Source of the DNA: the human T2T-CHM13v2.0 reference genome, Homo sapiens
Assembly: GCF_009914755.1 (NCBI RefSeq)
Contig: NC_060941.1
Strand: one strand, 5' to 3'
Length of the DNA stretch: 64,000 bases
Part shown: positions 16,070 to 31,120 of the stretch, piece by piece
Layout: every line of letters begins with the position of its first letter
Numbering within the stretch: position 1 is the first letter of the stretch
Program-made: the position numbers and the translations under genes
The notes under the pieces: generated by a model
The model's database searches: none
Seen by the model: the letters and a program-made list of their open reading frames with translations, nothing else
What the model was told of the DNA's origin: nothing

Positions 16070-17011
16070 TAAGAAAATGGGGCCTCAGAAAAGTCAAGCG
16101 ATTTGTCCCTGAGGTCACACAACTAGTTAACAGGTAGAAAGGGGATGCAGACTCAGGACTATCTAGCTCCAACTTGCTATATTATTAGTCCCTCTGTGCC
16201 TCAGTTTCCCTTCTATAGCTTCCCCAGATCTCAAGGAGCCCACTGGGGCTGTAGAGATCGAAGGAAGTTTGGTATATGGTGCTAAATGCTTTCTTCATCT
16301 CCCCGGCCGCTTGGTCTCCGGTAAGCACGATTTGGCTGCCTGCTCTGGACATGAGGCATCCCACGGCCCCTGTGACATCATCCTTCTTGGCCCCTTTGCC
16401 TCCGGCAGGAAGCAAACCCCCACAGACAAAGAATTGAAAATCTGGTCACTTATTCCAGCCAATATTTCTCAGTCTTTGGTAGGCATATTCATTTTTATAA
16501 TGGCAAGTTTTACCCTCGGTAATGATCAGATCCAATCCTTCTCTTGTTTGAGTTGCTGAAACCACTCACCATGGCCCAGGAGAATAAAACCCACAGGCTC
16601 CACTTGGCTTGGCACTCAAAGCCCTCTGCAACCTGCCCACATAACCATCTTTTTGCATGGATGCAGTCTTGCATTGATGCTTCAGCCACTCCACATGGTA
16701 CCTCTTCCACCTGCCTAGTATGTCTTTCTTCCCCTTCTCTGACTATTCAAATCTTAAATATCGTTCAAGGTCCAACTTGAATGAATCTGCCTCCTCCAGG
16801 GAGCATTCTCTGCTCTCCCAGGCTGAATGAATGGGCTTCTCCTCTGGAATCCCCACAGTTCCATTTCCACCATTCGGCTTCTAACCATCACTGGCATTTT
16901 TTCATATCTGCTTTTGCAACTGGCCTGTGAGCTCCTGTGGGGCAGTGGCAATGTTATTTACATCTGTTTCTACAGCACCAACTCATTATTTGGCTCAAAG
17001 TAATAATGACA

Positions 17012-17387
<376 letters not shown>

Positions 17388-18354
17388 TTAAAACATGACT
17401 TTGTTTAATCCTCAGACAATCTTATGAGGCAGGTACTATATTTACTCCTATTTAACAGGTAAGGAAAGGGGATTCAGAGAGGCCACGTGGAAATGGTGAA
17501 GCTGGGATTTGAGCCCAGGCTGCCTTGTTCCTCAGGTAACCACTCTGACCCACTGGCTTCTAAAGGCGCTCAGTAAATGTTTGTTGAATTAAAAAGCAAA
17601 TGCATTCATGAACAAATGAGTAATAAGGAAAAAAAAGTCAGGCAACAGAGAAAAATCATCCACTCCATTGATGAAAGCAAGGCATTTCCTAGAACTCAAG
17701 CAATGATAGTGAGCATTCTCTTCCATCATCCAATCATTGCCCTCCCCTTGTTGGGGAAATCTCATGAACACATTTCACCAATGGGTGTCATTCCAAACCT
17801 ACTCCTGAGGGATATGGAGGAGAATGTCTCATCCTTTTTAGTCCAGGACAATGGTTTGACTAACGTTCAGGAGGACAGGACCTTAGAGCTGTGCCCAGGC
17901 CAACAGGGATGAGTGGCTTGGGCTCATTATACTCCCAACATGATCTTCCTGGGACAAATATTGGTTCTAAGGCTGCTGCCCAGTATCAGAGAGCTGTACA
18001 GGCTGGAAATGTTTGGGGAGCAGAAGAAAGCCAGGTGCAATGTAGGAAACAGGAGAAAGGGCAGATGGTGAGCAGGCCACGTCCGTTTGGAGGCCAGGCT
18101 GCAGCTGTGGGAACCACAGGTGCTGGCAGAACTGAGGTTGCTGGTGCAGAAGGGAGGGGCCGCATCACCTGGGGCTTGGCCAGGGCCAACATGGAGACAG
18201 GGACTTGGCCCACCTGCCTGCTGGTGGTCACCTGTCTTGCTGGTGCTCAGAAGGAGGGGGCAAGCCCTGGAGCTTTCCCTGTCCTCCCTCCTCTCCACTT
18301 GCCCCACACAGGGAGAATTCTGGAGATAACACAGATACTCAGTGGCAGCTGAGT

Positions 18355-18632
18355 CATTCATGCACATATACATGTGCACAGCACATATAAACACACTTTC
18401 ACACGTACATACGCACACATGCATACATGTACGTACACATGTGCAAACATAAACATGCATACACATGCTTCTGGTCTCACACATAAACACACACTTATAC
18501 ACGTGTGAACACACTTTCTCACACACGCACACAAACACATACGCTCATATGTACACACATTCACACATATACTCAATCACACATGCACACACACCCTTTT
18601 GGTCTCACACATAAACGCATACACACACATAC
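18355..18632. repeat. Degenerate (CA)n/(CATA)n low-complexity tract
   Basis: Seen directly. Confidence 0.9.
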
Positions 18633-20536
18633 CAGGCTCAGAAAATTTGTCAGGCTTCCAAGCACTTCAAAGCACAAGTCAATTGATGGATCTTGTTTCT
18701 GGAAAGAAATCAGCATGTCCTAAAGGCCTGGGAGCTGGATTCTTCCTTCTGAGATCTGAGAGCCGACATTAGCTCCTCAATCTCCATGTACATCCTTAAT
18801 GGGTTTCTGGCCTTGTACACAATAGGAAAGTGGGCTTTGGGGCCAGGTGTCAGTCAGGGGCCAGAGAACAGAATTGCATGGCCAAAAGGAACACAAAGAA
18901 AGAAAAAAGGCCTTTCATGTGGAGGATTTAATTTCCAGTTAGGAAGATTGAAATAATTTTATACAGTGGTTTTGAAAACACATGAAAGAGTTTTCCTTTC
19001 TGAATTTGAGAGGCAGCTCTGGAGACTGTCACTGCCTCCTGGGTGCCCGAGAATCTGGTTCTCTTTCCAGATTTGCTGTGAACCAGTGCAGTCTCTGCCA
19101 GAACCTCAAGGGACAGCATGCCAGACGTTCCATTCAATTCAACTGAGTCCATCCATCCATTCATCCATCCAACTAACCATTCTTTGGACACCCAGCCTTC
19201 AACATTCATTCATTTCAACACCCAGCCTTCATCATTCATTCATGTAGTTCAGATCTCCTATCACCTGCTACGCACCTGCCTTTGGCCTGGCCTTGGGGTC
19301 CAGGTCCCTTGAAAGGACTTCCAGCTGTCCTCTTGATTATGGAAAGGATGGGATGCTGGTTACAGGGACTTATTCTTTTCTAATTCAAATGCAAAACAGA
19401 GGATAAACCCTCTCAGGTGTGAAACTCCCTTGGCTCCAGAACAATGCAGCAGTTAGTCCTGGGCCTGGCCCATGCCAGGTTCCCAGGAAAGCCCTGCTGA
19501 TTCAGGATAACTGCTACCACCTGTTTCAATGCCCTTGAAGCTCTCCACACTTTTTATCTTTGAAAGTATTTCATTTAGGTTTCATAATGGAAGCAAGGCT
19601 GAATGATTATGTAACGGTGCTTTCTGCGACAAGTTTATGAGTATATTTTGAAGGCAGCAAACGTATGCCTATTAAGCATGGGGAGAATTATCAGTGAATG
19701 TTTTTAAATGACCAATAAAAATGAAATTATCATTGCTCATTGTTTTTTATGGATCATAATGTGTTTTTCTCTTATGGAAATATCCAAAAACTCCCCTCTT
19801 AGTCACCGGCCGCTAATTACATAGTTAGCACACAGTAATCCATGTAAGTGGGTTCTCGCCTGTCGTAATTCGTCTTCATAAATGTAATTGGCCCAATGAA
19901 ACAGACCACAAAATAATTCTGCAGAGAGGAGATGGATTCAATAAAAACTGATTTTACTTTTCTTTTTCCAAAACTACAAACTTGGAATAGGAGTTTTTAA
20001 GAACATATAACTGTTTTTCCCCAGATTGCCACTCCTACCTCAATTTGTTTGTTATTCAACTATTTATTGATTTATTGAGGACCTGCTCTATTCAAATCAT
20101 TGGCTCAATACTGGGGTTAAGTCAAAACTTGAAAGAAATTCCCGGCTGCAGGGAACTGGCCATCAAGTGAGGAAGTCTCCAAGCAGCAGGCAGAAACCAT
20201 GGTGATGCAAGGTGGGTAGTAGTACATGCTCCAGAAGAGATTTGGAGAAAGGGCTAAAGGTGTTCAGAGGCAAAGTGGTTGCTTCCTCCTGGAAAATCAG
20301 GAAAGGCTTCATGGAAGAAGTGGTATTTGAGCTGAACTTTGAATGATGAAGGAAGGTGGAGCTAAGGCAACGGAGGTATGTTTGGTTAGATTAACCTGAC
20401 AGTGATTATAGTGGAGTGCCGGCAGGTGAAAGGTAAGGGGAGATGGAGTGGAAAGGTAGGTGGATGGTTGTTATAGATGGAGAAGCACATTTTATACTTT
20501 TCAGCTCAAAGCTGTGCCCCCTCCCCTCTGCATATG

Positions 20537-20952
20537 CAATAAATAAATACTTATTAATATTAATATTATATTTAATATTTATCAATAGCAATATTATAAA
20601 TATTATATAATAATATATTATATTAATAAATATTATATGTAATATTTTATATGAATTATACAAAATTAAAAATATGTAAATAAGAATAAAATATGTAAAT
20701 ATTACATAAATATAAATATTTACATAAACTATAAAATTATTTTATATATTTTTATGTAATTTTATATTATTTTATATTTTAAATTATATATATTAAAAAT
20801 AATATAAAATTACATAAATATATAAAATAATATATCAATGATATGAATAATATGAAAATATATAAATATAAATATTTGCATTAATATATAAATATTATAT
20901 ATGTAGAATATTATATAGAGAGACTAATCCAATATAATATATATTGGATATA
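20537..20952. repeat. AT-rich low-complexity island
   Basis: About 415 bp, almost entirely A/T, with internal direct and inverted repeats. Confidence 0.92.
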
Positions 20953-21959
20953 ACTGGACACAATCAATACAGCATACCTACTGCTTGCCAGGTCCTGTGC
21001 CGGGGCTGGCTGGGTAGGAGACTTAGATGATTTAACACAAAGCCTACCCTCAGAAACTCAGAAGGGAGGTGGAAATGATGATGCGGTCAATACTGGCTTG
21101 AGCCTGTATCTCCATTTATTATTGTGAGATGGGGCGGTGGGGAGTGTCACTGTTCAAATGGGAGTGTCACTCTTCAAATATGGCAGTTTGTCCCAGACGA
21201 GCTCACTCTCCATATTCCATATTACAGCAGGCATTGTTAGTGTGAGGCTCTAGTTGCTTCCAAGGCAAAATATTTTTGGACCATTTACTGCCAAACGCTT
21301 CTTTTCTCTAGCTCAGTCGCCAACATTTTCCTCCTTGAAAATTTGAATGAGCCTCGAAAAGACACCGAGAAGAAATTCAGGGAGATAGGAGGAAAATGCA
21401 AATAAGAATTACAAGACAGAATTCAAGAGGATTGGGACTTTCAGGGAGGACATGATTGACAGTGTCACAGGCTACAGATGATCAAAGTAAGAGAAGGTCC
21501 CGTAAGCGTCCATTGGATTTAGCCTGGAAGAAATCACTGATGACCGGGTGAGAGCCAGGGAGCAGAGGTCAGAGGGCAGTAGGGTGAGGAGGGAGCTGGC
21601 CTGGGGTGGCTGGAGTTGCATAGGTGGTGCACGGATCTAGTCAACCTCCTCCACCCACACCTCCGCTTAGCTTGTGTGGTCTCTCCTCTCATCAGCAGAC
21701 CTAATAGCACTCAGGAAATTATGTCTTTCTGCATGATTACAGAGTACATTATGTGCTACTGTGACACTTTTGCATTGCAGGATGTTTGTAGTGCCTTGGG
21801 ATGACTCTACTGTGGTGGCTCTTGCCCTTTGTTTCGTGGGATTAAAACCCCGACTCAGTCACCTAGATGTAGCACGGATTCTCCCCCTTCTGTCTCCACC
21901 TCCAGCTCCTGCTTATCATCTCACTTATCCGTTTCCTCCTCTTTACCCCTATGGTTTCT

Positions 21960-22475
21960 TAGTGATAGACTGAATTTTTGTTTCCAACTCTTCACTACTT
22001 TGTAATAGAATTTTACTTGTACGCCGTTTCCATGGCCTCATGATCTATACAGTATACTTCCCCACTTCTTTACTTTTGAGTTGAAAATACGACTTGTTTG
22101 GGCTGACAATATGACTTGTTTGGTTCAATGAGATGTTAGTGAATGTGATGTAATCAGAGGCTTGAAATGTTCTGGTGCAATTTTTTTTTTCTTTCTGCAC
22201 TGCAATGACCCACCGTGAAAAGTTCAGGTGCCAGGTAGATGCTGCCACCTCAGACTGCACCCCAAAAGAAACATGTAAAATGGACCTGAAGCTATCCTGT
22301 ATCCTAGAGCCATGTCCAGTCAACCTGTAGCCTGAAGCAAAGCCACCCAGCTGAGACCAGTCTAGGTCAGCCATACTGTAATCAGCCTGCAAACCCATGA
22401 TTATGAAAATAAATACTATTTTAAGCCACTGAATTTGGGGTTGGTTTGTTATGCAGCATTAGCATGATATCAGTA
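21960..22475 (+). mobile_element. MaLR LTR, MLT1G/H-like
   Basis: aataaatactattttaagccactgaatttggggttggtttgttatgcagca near the 3' end. Confidence 0.65.
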
Positions 22476-23840
22476 CTGATCCTGACTTTGACCTAAGCAC
22501 TCATGCTTGCTAGTTCAAATTCTCTACTCCATTCCTTTAAGCCCATCTTCCAGAGAGACTGTTAGACAACCTCAATCATCATTATAAACAAGGAAGACTG
22601 CCCTTTCAGGATTTTTCAATATTTCTTCCAGAATGTTTATTCCTTCATTTATTCATTTTTTTCAAACATTCAACAAATGACTACTTGTACTAAGCCTTAG
22701 GAAGGGCACTCGGGGGGAAAAATGGGTAACTATAATTTGAAACAAGACACATTCCATCTCTTTAAGTGAGTGCAAAAGAAGTGTGTGTAAATAATTACAT
22801 CCCAAGGTGCCTGCTGTATTTCTTATCCTAAAGCAAACCAAGTGGAGGTAAAATCATCATTCTTGAAAATGCCCTTGTTTATACTTAAAGGCAATTATCT
22901 GTGGGTATTTAAAAATAAAATCTATAGTAATTACAAGCTTGCCTTTTTCTATTTCACATATCACATGAGCCAGTGAAGAAGCGGGATGCAAGACAGTCTT
23001 ACCATATGTCAATATCAAATACGTTTTCTTTTAAAGCGTGCTTTGCGCATCCTTCTGGAAGATGGGGAATGAAATGCTGTAAACAGGCAGAAATGATTCA
23101 CGGGATCATGATTGCTTTTCATCAGCTGCATCAATTATACACAGCAATGGGACTTGGTGAAATACATTTACAACTTGTTAAAAACACTCCTTGAAACAAT
23201 TCAGACCTTGTTAAGTCCTGGTGTGCTCAGCCAAGCATAGCTGGGCTGGCCGTCAGCAGAACTTAGTCTGAGCTGAACAAGTCCAAGCTGTCTTTGGCCA
23301 AGAGGAATGGCATGCCAGGGTGGAGATTCCTTCTGACCTCTCCTTCCATTGTCATGAGATGTAGCTATAGGATGGGTTCAGATTTTTGTTAGGCTATCAA
23401 TAAAGCATCCAAGCAGCCATCAAGCCAATTAACCATACTACGCCAGGGAACAGGGGTACAGGGACAGAAGTAAAACAATAAATACACGGTCCTGCCCTCA
23501 GGTTGCTTACGGTCTCATAAAAAATAAAGATAAACATGCCATCCATCTCTAGCTCCTCCATCTACTATGTAATCTTAAAAAAATAAGTACTTAACTTCCC
23601 TGTTTCTCAAGTCCGTCATCCACAAAATTACATTAATAATAATAGCTACAGCCTAGGACTGTTGTGAGAATTAAATACATTAATACATGTCACGGCAGAC
23701 ACAGCTAGTTGCCTACCCAATATCCATGGATTCCACTGGGCTGGCAATGCACCCTGGGAAAGTGCTCACCTTCCTAGACTCCCCTGCTGCGATGGATGGC
23801 CACATGTCTCAGTTCTGGTCAATGAGAAGTAGATGGAACT

Positions 23841-24196
<356 letters not shown>

Positions 24197-24522
24197 TCAC
24201 TTCTTTAAAATACTTGCCAGAAAAAATATAATGGAAGAGCCAGCCAACTTCAGACCATGAGGGAGAAACCACATGCTTGGGATGATGGAGCAGGAAGCTG
24301 GAACGAACTTGGCTTCCAAATGACATCCTTGCGCACCTGAATAAACTCTGTTCTACTGACTTCCAGACTCCTTGTCAGGGGAGGAAGAGTTTTTGCTTCA
24401 GCCACTTTCTTGCTTAAGCCACTCTTCGGCAGGGGGAGTGAGGGTGGTTCTGTACTATGCAGTTGAACCTATTCCCAACTGACAATAAGTAAGGTGCCTG
24501 GTATTCAGAAAGAATTTAATAA

Positions 24523-24919
<397 letters not shown>

Positions 24920-25756
24920 TAATCCATACCAGATGGAAACTTCTTGGAGAAAGAGACATCCAAGCAGAGACCTGGAAGGTCGGGTGGGGATGCTGCCAAT
25001 TCTAATTGTTGACATTGTTCCCTCTTTTTTTTTTCCACGGTTCTCTCATTCCATGGAACCTCTACCTGGGATGGCTCAACAGGCTCTGAGCAGACCTTCT
25101 ACCTGCAGTCTAGCCCAGACCATCTTCCATTCTTGTTTCCAGGGAAATCTTCCTAAAACAGACCTGATCTTATCACACTCCCAGATGAAAACCTCCTGAG
25201 AGAGATCCCTCACCTACACAGAGGTTCTCAATGTTTCCATCAAAGGGCCATAAGCGACAAACCTGTACCTCCAAGGAAGCTGTGGCAAGGCCTGAAAATG
25301 TATTTGAACTTCTCTAATTCAATTCCAAAAAATGATGTCATGTTTTGTGTTTATTTTGTAATATATTCTTGCTGGTTTTAATATGAAACTGTTTTAACGT
25401 CCTAATGGGCTTAACTCATGTTCTAGGAAGACATGCCACATTGAGCCAGTGGTTCTGAATACACCCTTGCATACTGCTCTATACATGAGAGAGACACAGG
25501 ACTCCCCAAGCAGGCATCAGGATGGCACTTACTTAGCATCTCATGATACTTTCTTGCCTTTCTACATGCCAGCCCTTCCTCACTGAATATCCTCCTTCCC
25601 TGGCTGTCTGGCCAACTCCTGGGTATGCTTTCATGTTGCGGCACCCACCATGTCCTAGTTTGAGCAGTGGTTAAAGAGTTTTCAATCTCTGATTAAATTG
25701 TGAATCTTCTGAGGGCAAAGGCTAAATCTGATTCATGACTGAAAGTTTTCCATTTA

Positions 25757-26630
<874 letters not shown>

Positions 26631-28549
26631 GTAAGCAGCTCAGCCTTTAGCTCAGTGTATGGAGAATGAATGAGATCAAGTGTTCTGAGGGCTGCCACCA
26701 TTCCCAGAATAAGATTTTCATATGGAAGGGAAATGAAATCACTCTCTCTCCTTTCCAAAACTTTCTTCTTCTTTAGGACTCTCTCTGCCTCTCCCTACCC
26801 TCTCTCATTGAGGCCAAGAGATGAGAAAGAGTAAGAGAGGGATTGATGGAAGAAGGATTAGAAGATTTCCAACTCTTGAGAAGGAGATAAATAAATTCCT
26901 CTACCTTGATATTTCCCACTACCACCAAGCTTCAGTTTTTCTTTTCTACCCCAAATTAGGAAATGAAGTCGTTGGTATTTGTTTTGAGCACAGATGAATG
27001 GCCAGTAAAAGAAATGCAAATCAAGCTTGGTATTCCATCTTTCCCCACTGGAACCATTTATGTCCCCCATTTCCTCGGGGCCTCAGCCTGCCCATCTCCA
27101 TTAGAACATAGAGGACTTTTGGCTAGCCCATCCCTTAGAGAGTCTCCTGCAATTAAATTCTATAATTTCATACCAGCCACCCCCAGCCAACCTAGTACAG
27201 CCTCTCCTGGGGAGACGCAGCCTGTCGTTCAGAGAACTCTCCTTCTCCAAAATCTAATTTCCCCTCATTTCCCATTATGAGTTCAGTTATGGGAGCCTTC
27301 ATAGCAGGTGTCATTAAATAGACATTAAGACCCAACAAGGCATGTTTTACAGGACCATTACCACATGCCTGACGTTTGCTGTGACAAATGGAGATCCAGC
27401 CAACCACGCCATGTGATAATGGGCCTGGAAACACCCCCTGCGGTGAGGTAATGTGATTAGAAGATGAGGCTGTCATTGTTTAATGCCATCCATCGGAAGG
27501 GGACTGACTCCTCTTTGCTGACTTGCCTGGAAGTCAGGCTTCACCCTCTTCTTCCTGGGTCTATCAGGCTCCTGAGCCAGGAGAGAAGGGGACCACTGTC
27601 TGGCCAGCATGGCAAGCTTGATCATGTTCCAAGAACTTTGCATTGTGATGTAAGGACCAAGGGCTATGCTGCCTCAGTTTCCCCCAAGATGATAGGTCTC
27701 TGGCAGCCAGAGGCAGAACAGTAAAAGTGAGATGAGCTTATTTATCATTCTGATCATCTGAGTAGGAAGTCAGCCCTTTCCAGCCTCAGAGAACTCACCT
27801 TATTTCCCTTCACATCATTTTAGATACCCAGACTCCCAGGTGACCAGGCATCGCTAAAATACTCTTTTAGCTGGAGCTCTCTGTGACCTGGAGGCAGCTT
27901 GCATGAGGAGCAAGCATGAGTTTGGGTTCTGCCTTCCTTGGGTGTGAATCCCAGCTCAGCCGTTTGATCTCACTAATACTCCTTCCCATCTTCCTCGCAA
28001 AGATATTATAAGGATTACATGAGATGACTTACATGAAATATTTAGCACAGGGCCTAATTTAGCAAATCCTAAATTAGGGTTTTCCCAACCCTCCCCATTT
28101 CTTTTTATTCTGGGCTTCTAGTCCTTGGCCTTTTAGGAAGGTAAGGGTCTGGGATCTAGCATCTGGTTGATCCTGCAGCTCCCTGAGGACTGGAGATACT
28201 CAAAGCTAGGCTTGCTCGGTTTATGACAGTTACAACCTCAGACACTGCACTTTCCAGAATCTCCACTGTCTGCCTCCTCTGAAACATACCTCATTGACAA
28301 AACAGTGCTGAGGACAGTCCTCAAACCTGCCCACCTGCTGACTGAGCAAGCCTCTCACTCCTCCCACTGAGATGTCCAGCTCCCAACCAGATGCCCTACT
28401 TGACCCCAAAGCCCTTGATTCTTGGATAAACATTCACTCAGTACTGCCCCCCACAAAGTGTCTAGCCTCCCAATGTGTCTAGACCCCCAATGTGTCTAGA
28501 CCCTCCACTGGCCCCCTACACGTCCTGCCCTCCTGTCTGCTCTGCAGTC

Positions 28550-30080
28550 TCTTCCCTTGTTTATCTTCATGCTTGCTCTAGTCCTTGCCCCTGGCTGCTT
28601 CCCAGCACTCAGATTTCCCCTGTCCTGAAGGAATCCTTCCTCAACCAACTCCCATCCCCCTGCCTTCACTGCCTCCACTTCCTCTCACCCAATTTACTCC
28701 TCCATTCCTCAAAATCTCGGTTCCACCCCCACCACTGCACTTAAATTGCTTTCTCTATCTTGCTCCAATATCCAATTAGCAGGGTGAATTGCCTTTTCTG
28801 TGCTCTCATCCATCCCCACACTTCAGCAATGGTTGAGAGCACCAATTGCCCCCAGTGCTTTTTGATTCTAGGTCACTAAGGTCTGGTCCTTGCCCCACCT
28901 CTCTTCATGGGCTGCCTCTGCTCCCTGCACCAGCTTCTCTTCTTCCATATTTCTATTCTCATAGCTTCTCCCTCCCTTCTCTAAACTCCCGCTTACTACA
29001 TACACCCATTCTCATGGACTTGGCCATCATTTCAGGCTGCTGACTTCTCTATCCTCTTGCCACCCCCAGCCTCCTTCTCTAACTCCAATCTCATGTTCCC
29101 AGCAACCTGCAGAAACAGGTGTCTCACTGGGATCCCAGAGTCTGGATGTCCCACATCCCCTTTCTTCTCAAAAACCTGCTCCTCCTCCTAGACCGCATCT
29201 CCATGATGACACCACCAGTGCTTTGCTCTGTTTCCCAAATGCTTCCTCCCTCCCTCTCGCCATGCCCACTTCTAATTCATGGTCCAGAAGCCCTCTCAAA
29301 CCACCTCCTCCCTGGTTCCTCTCCTTCCCAGCCCATCCCACCTGATGGGGGAAGATGCCAAGATGGCCTCTTGGTCTTCCATTCCTCCGTTCCTCCTCTA
29401 TATTCTTCTACGGAGGCTTCCATTGTAAACATCTTTCTTCTGTGCTCTGTTCTGAGCCCCTCCATGTGGTGATGGGGCAGAGCAGTCACCACCTTCCAGG
29501 GGGATGAACCTCATCCATTGCCTTGCCTTTGGGCATTTTCCAAGTTTGTCCAGCCTCACCTTTCCAAACTCCCCTCAGACCAGAACCCACTGCAGAGACA
29601 GAGTATTCCAGTGCCTCCCCTCAGCCTCCCAGAAGGTCCTCCCACCTATCTTGTCAACGCTATCTTGCCTTTCTTGTTCTGGAACTTTCCGGGTCTTGCC
29701 ATACCACTCACCCAGGTCCTCAAAAGAGCCAAGCCCATGCCGACCTCAGGGCCTTTTCACAGGCTGTCCTCTTTCTTGAGATTCCCCCTGTCCACTCACC
29801 ACCCATTCTTCATGTGGCTGACTGACATTTCTCTTCCTCAGCCAGGGTCTCCCAACCTAAATTAGGACCTGTCCTTCATTTTCCGCCGTAGCACCAGATT
29901 TCTGCCTTCAACTTACATTATATGTGCATGTGTTTTGTTTACTTACTGCCAGCCTCTCCCACTTGACTGTAAGTTCAACAAGGTCAAGGACAAGGTCATG
30001 TTCATGCTGGAATCCCAGAGCCTAGTGCAGTGCCTGGAACACAGTACTCATTCCAGAAATGTTTGATGAATGAATGAAGT
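28550..30080 (+). mobile_element. L2 remnant, interrupted at ~29221
   Basis: L2 3' end: gactgtaagttc...cctagtgcagtgcctggaacacagt...aaatgtttgatgaatgaatgaa; L2-like pyrimidine-rich body upstream. Confidence 0.6.
29221..29344 (+). repeat. 124-bp inverted repeat, copy 1
   Basis: Reverse complement of 30436-30559; ungapped, 10 mismatches by manual alignment. Confidence 0.95.
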
Positions 30081-30435
30081 AGAGAATGGGAGAAACTCTC
30101 ATTGGTTGACCCCAACTGCACCATTTTAGGCAGAGGATTTTTGTTTCTATGGAATTTACCAGAATTTCACCCCCCAGACGCTGGAGAGAGATGATGCGTG
30201 TTCAAATCCCACTGCTACTACTCATCATCTAGATGACCTGGAGCAGCTTGACCTTCCTCTTGACCAACCCTCTGTTTATACCTATAAAATAGGAGTAATA
30301 ATGGCATTTAATTCACAGGTTGTTCACAAGGATCAACTGATAGATGTAAAGTGCTTAGCATAATGCCTGGGACATGGTGAGTGGAGTCATTGCCACCATT
30401 TCCCCATACTTTGTGGGAAGAACTGATAGACACAG

Positions 30436-30559
30436 CAGGTGGGATGGGCTGGGAGGGAGAGGAACTGAGGAGGAGGTGGTTTGGGAAGGCTTCTGGACCA
30501 TGAATTAGAAGTGGGTGTGGAGAGAGGGAGGGAGGAGGCATTTGGGAAACAGAGCAAAG
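30436..30559 (-). repeat. 124-bp inverted repeat, copy 2
   Basis: Reverse complement of 29221-29344. Confidence 0.95.
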
Positions 30560-30689
30560 TAGGTAACGAAAAAGAGGGAAGTTTGGAGCTGCCATTAAGT
30601 CTGAGACTCTTGCAGACCACAAGCACCTGTGGTATTATTTGCTGCTCTACTGTGGCCATGAGAGATTTTTGGTTTTGTTCTTTTTTCTC

Positions 30690-31120
30690 CTTATAATTTT
30701 TTTTAAATGGAGAAAATATTCACATAACTTAAAATCAACCATTTTAAAGTGTATAATTCACTGGCGTTTAGTACCTTTCACAATATTATGCAACCAACAC
30801 CTCTATCTAGTTTTAAAACACTTTCATCATCCCAAAAGGAAACTCCATGTCAATTAAGCAGTGAGAAATTATATTCAAAACTTTTTGTTTTGATATAATT
30901 TTAGATTTACAGAAGAGTTGAAAGTTAGCATAGCTTCACCAAGCTTTTCTAATGTTAATAATTTCTTGCATAATCTGGGTCCATTTGTCAAAACCGAGGT
31001 ATTAACACGGGCACAATGCTATCAACTAAACTACAGACTTTTATTTGGGTTTCCCCTATGTCTCCACGCATGTCCTCTTCTGTTGCACAATTGAATCCAG
31101 GAAACCAACATTGCTTTTGG
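30690..31120 (-). mobile_element. Old L1M 3' end fragments (L1MB/L1MC-like)
   Basis: aaccattttaaagtgtataattca...tttcatcatcccaaaaggaaac; taattttagatttacagaagagttg. Confidence 0.7.

Noticed and set aside
17927-18723. 203-aa Cys/Val/Met-rich and His/Thr-rich ORFs
   Set aside because: Arise from the (CA)n low-complexity tract
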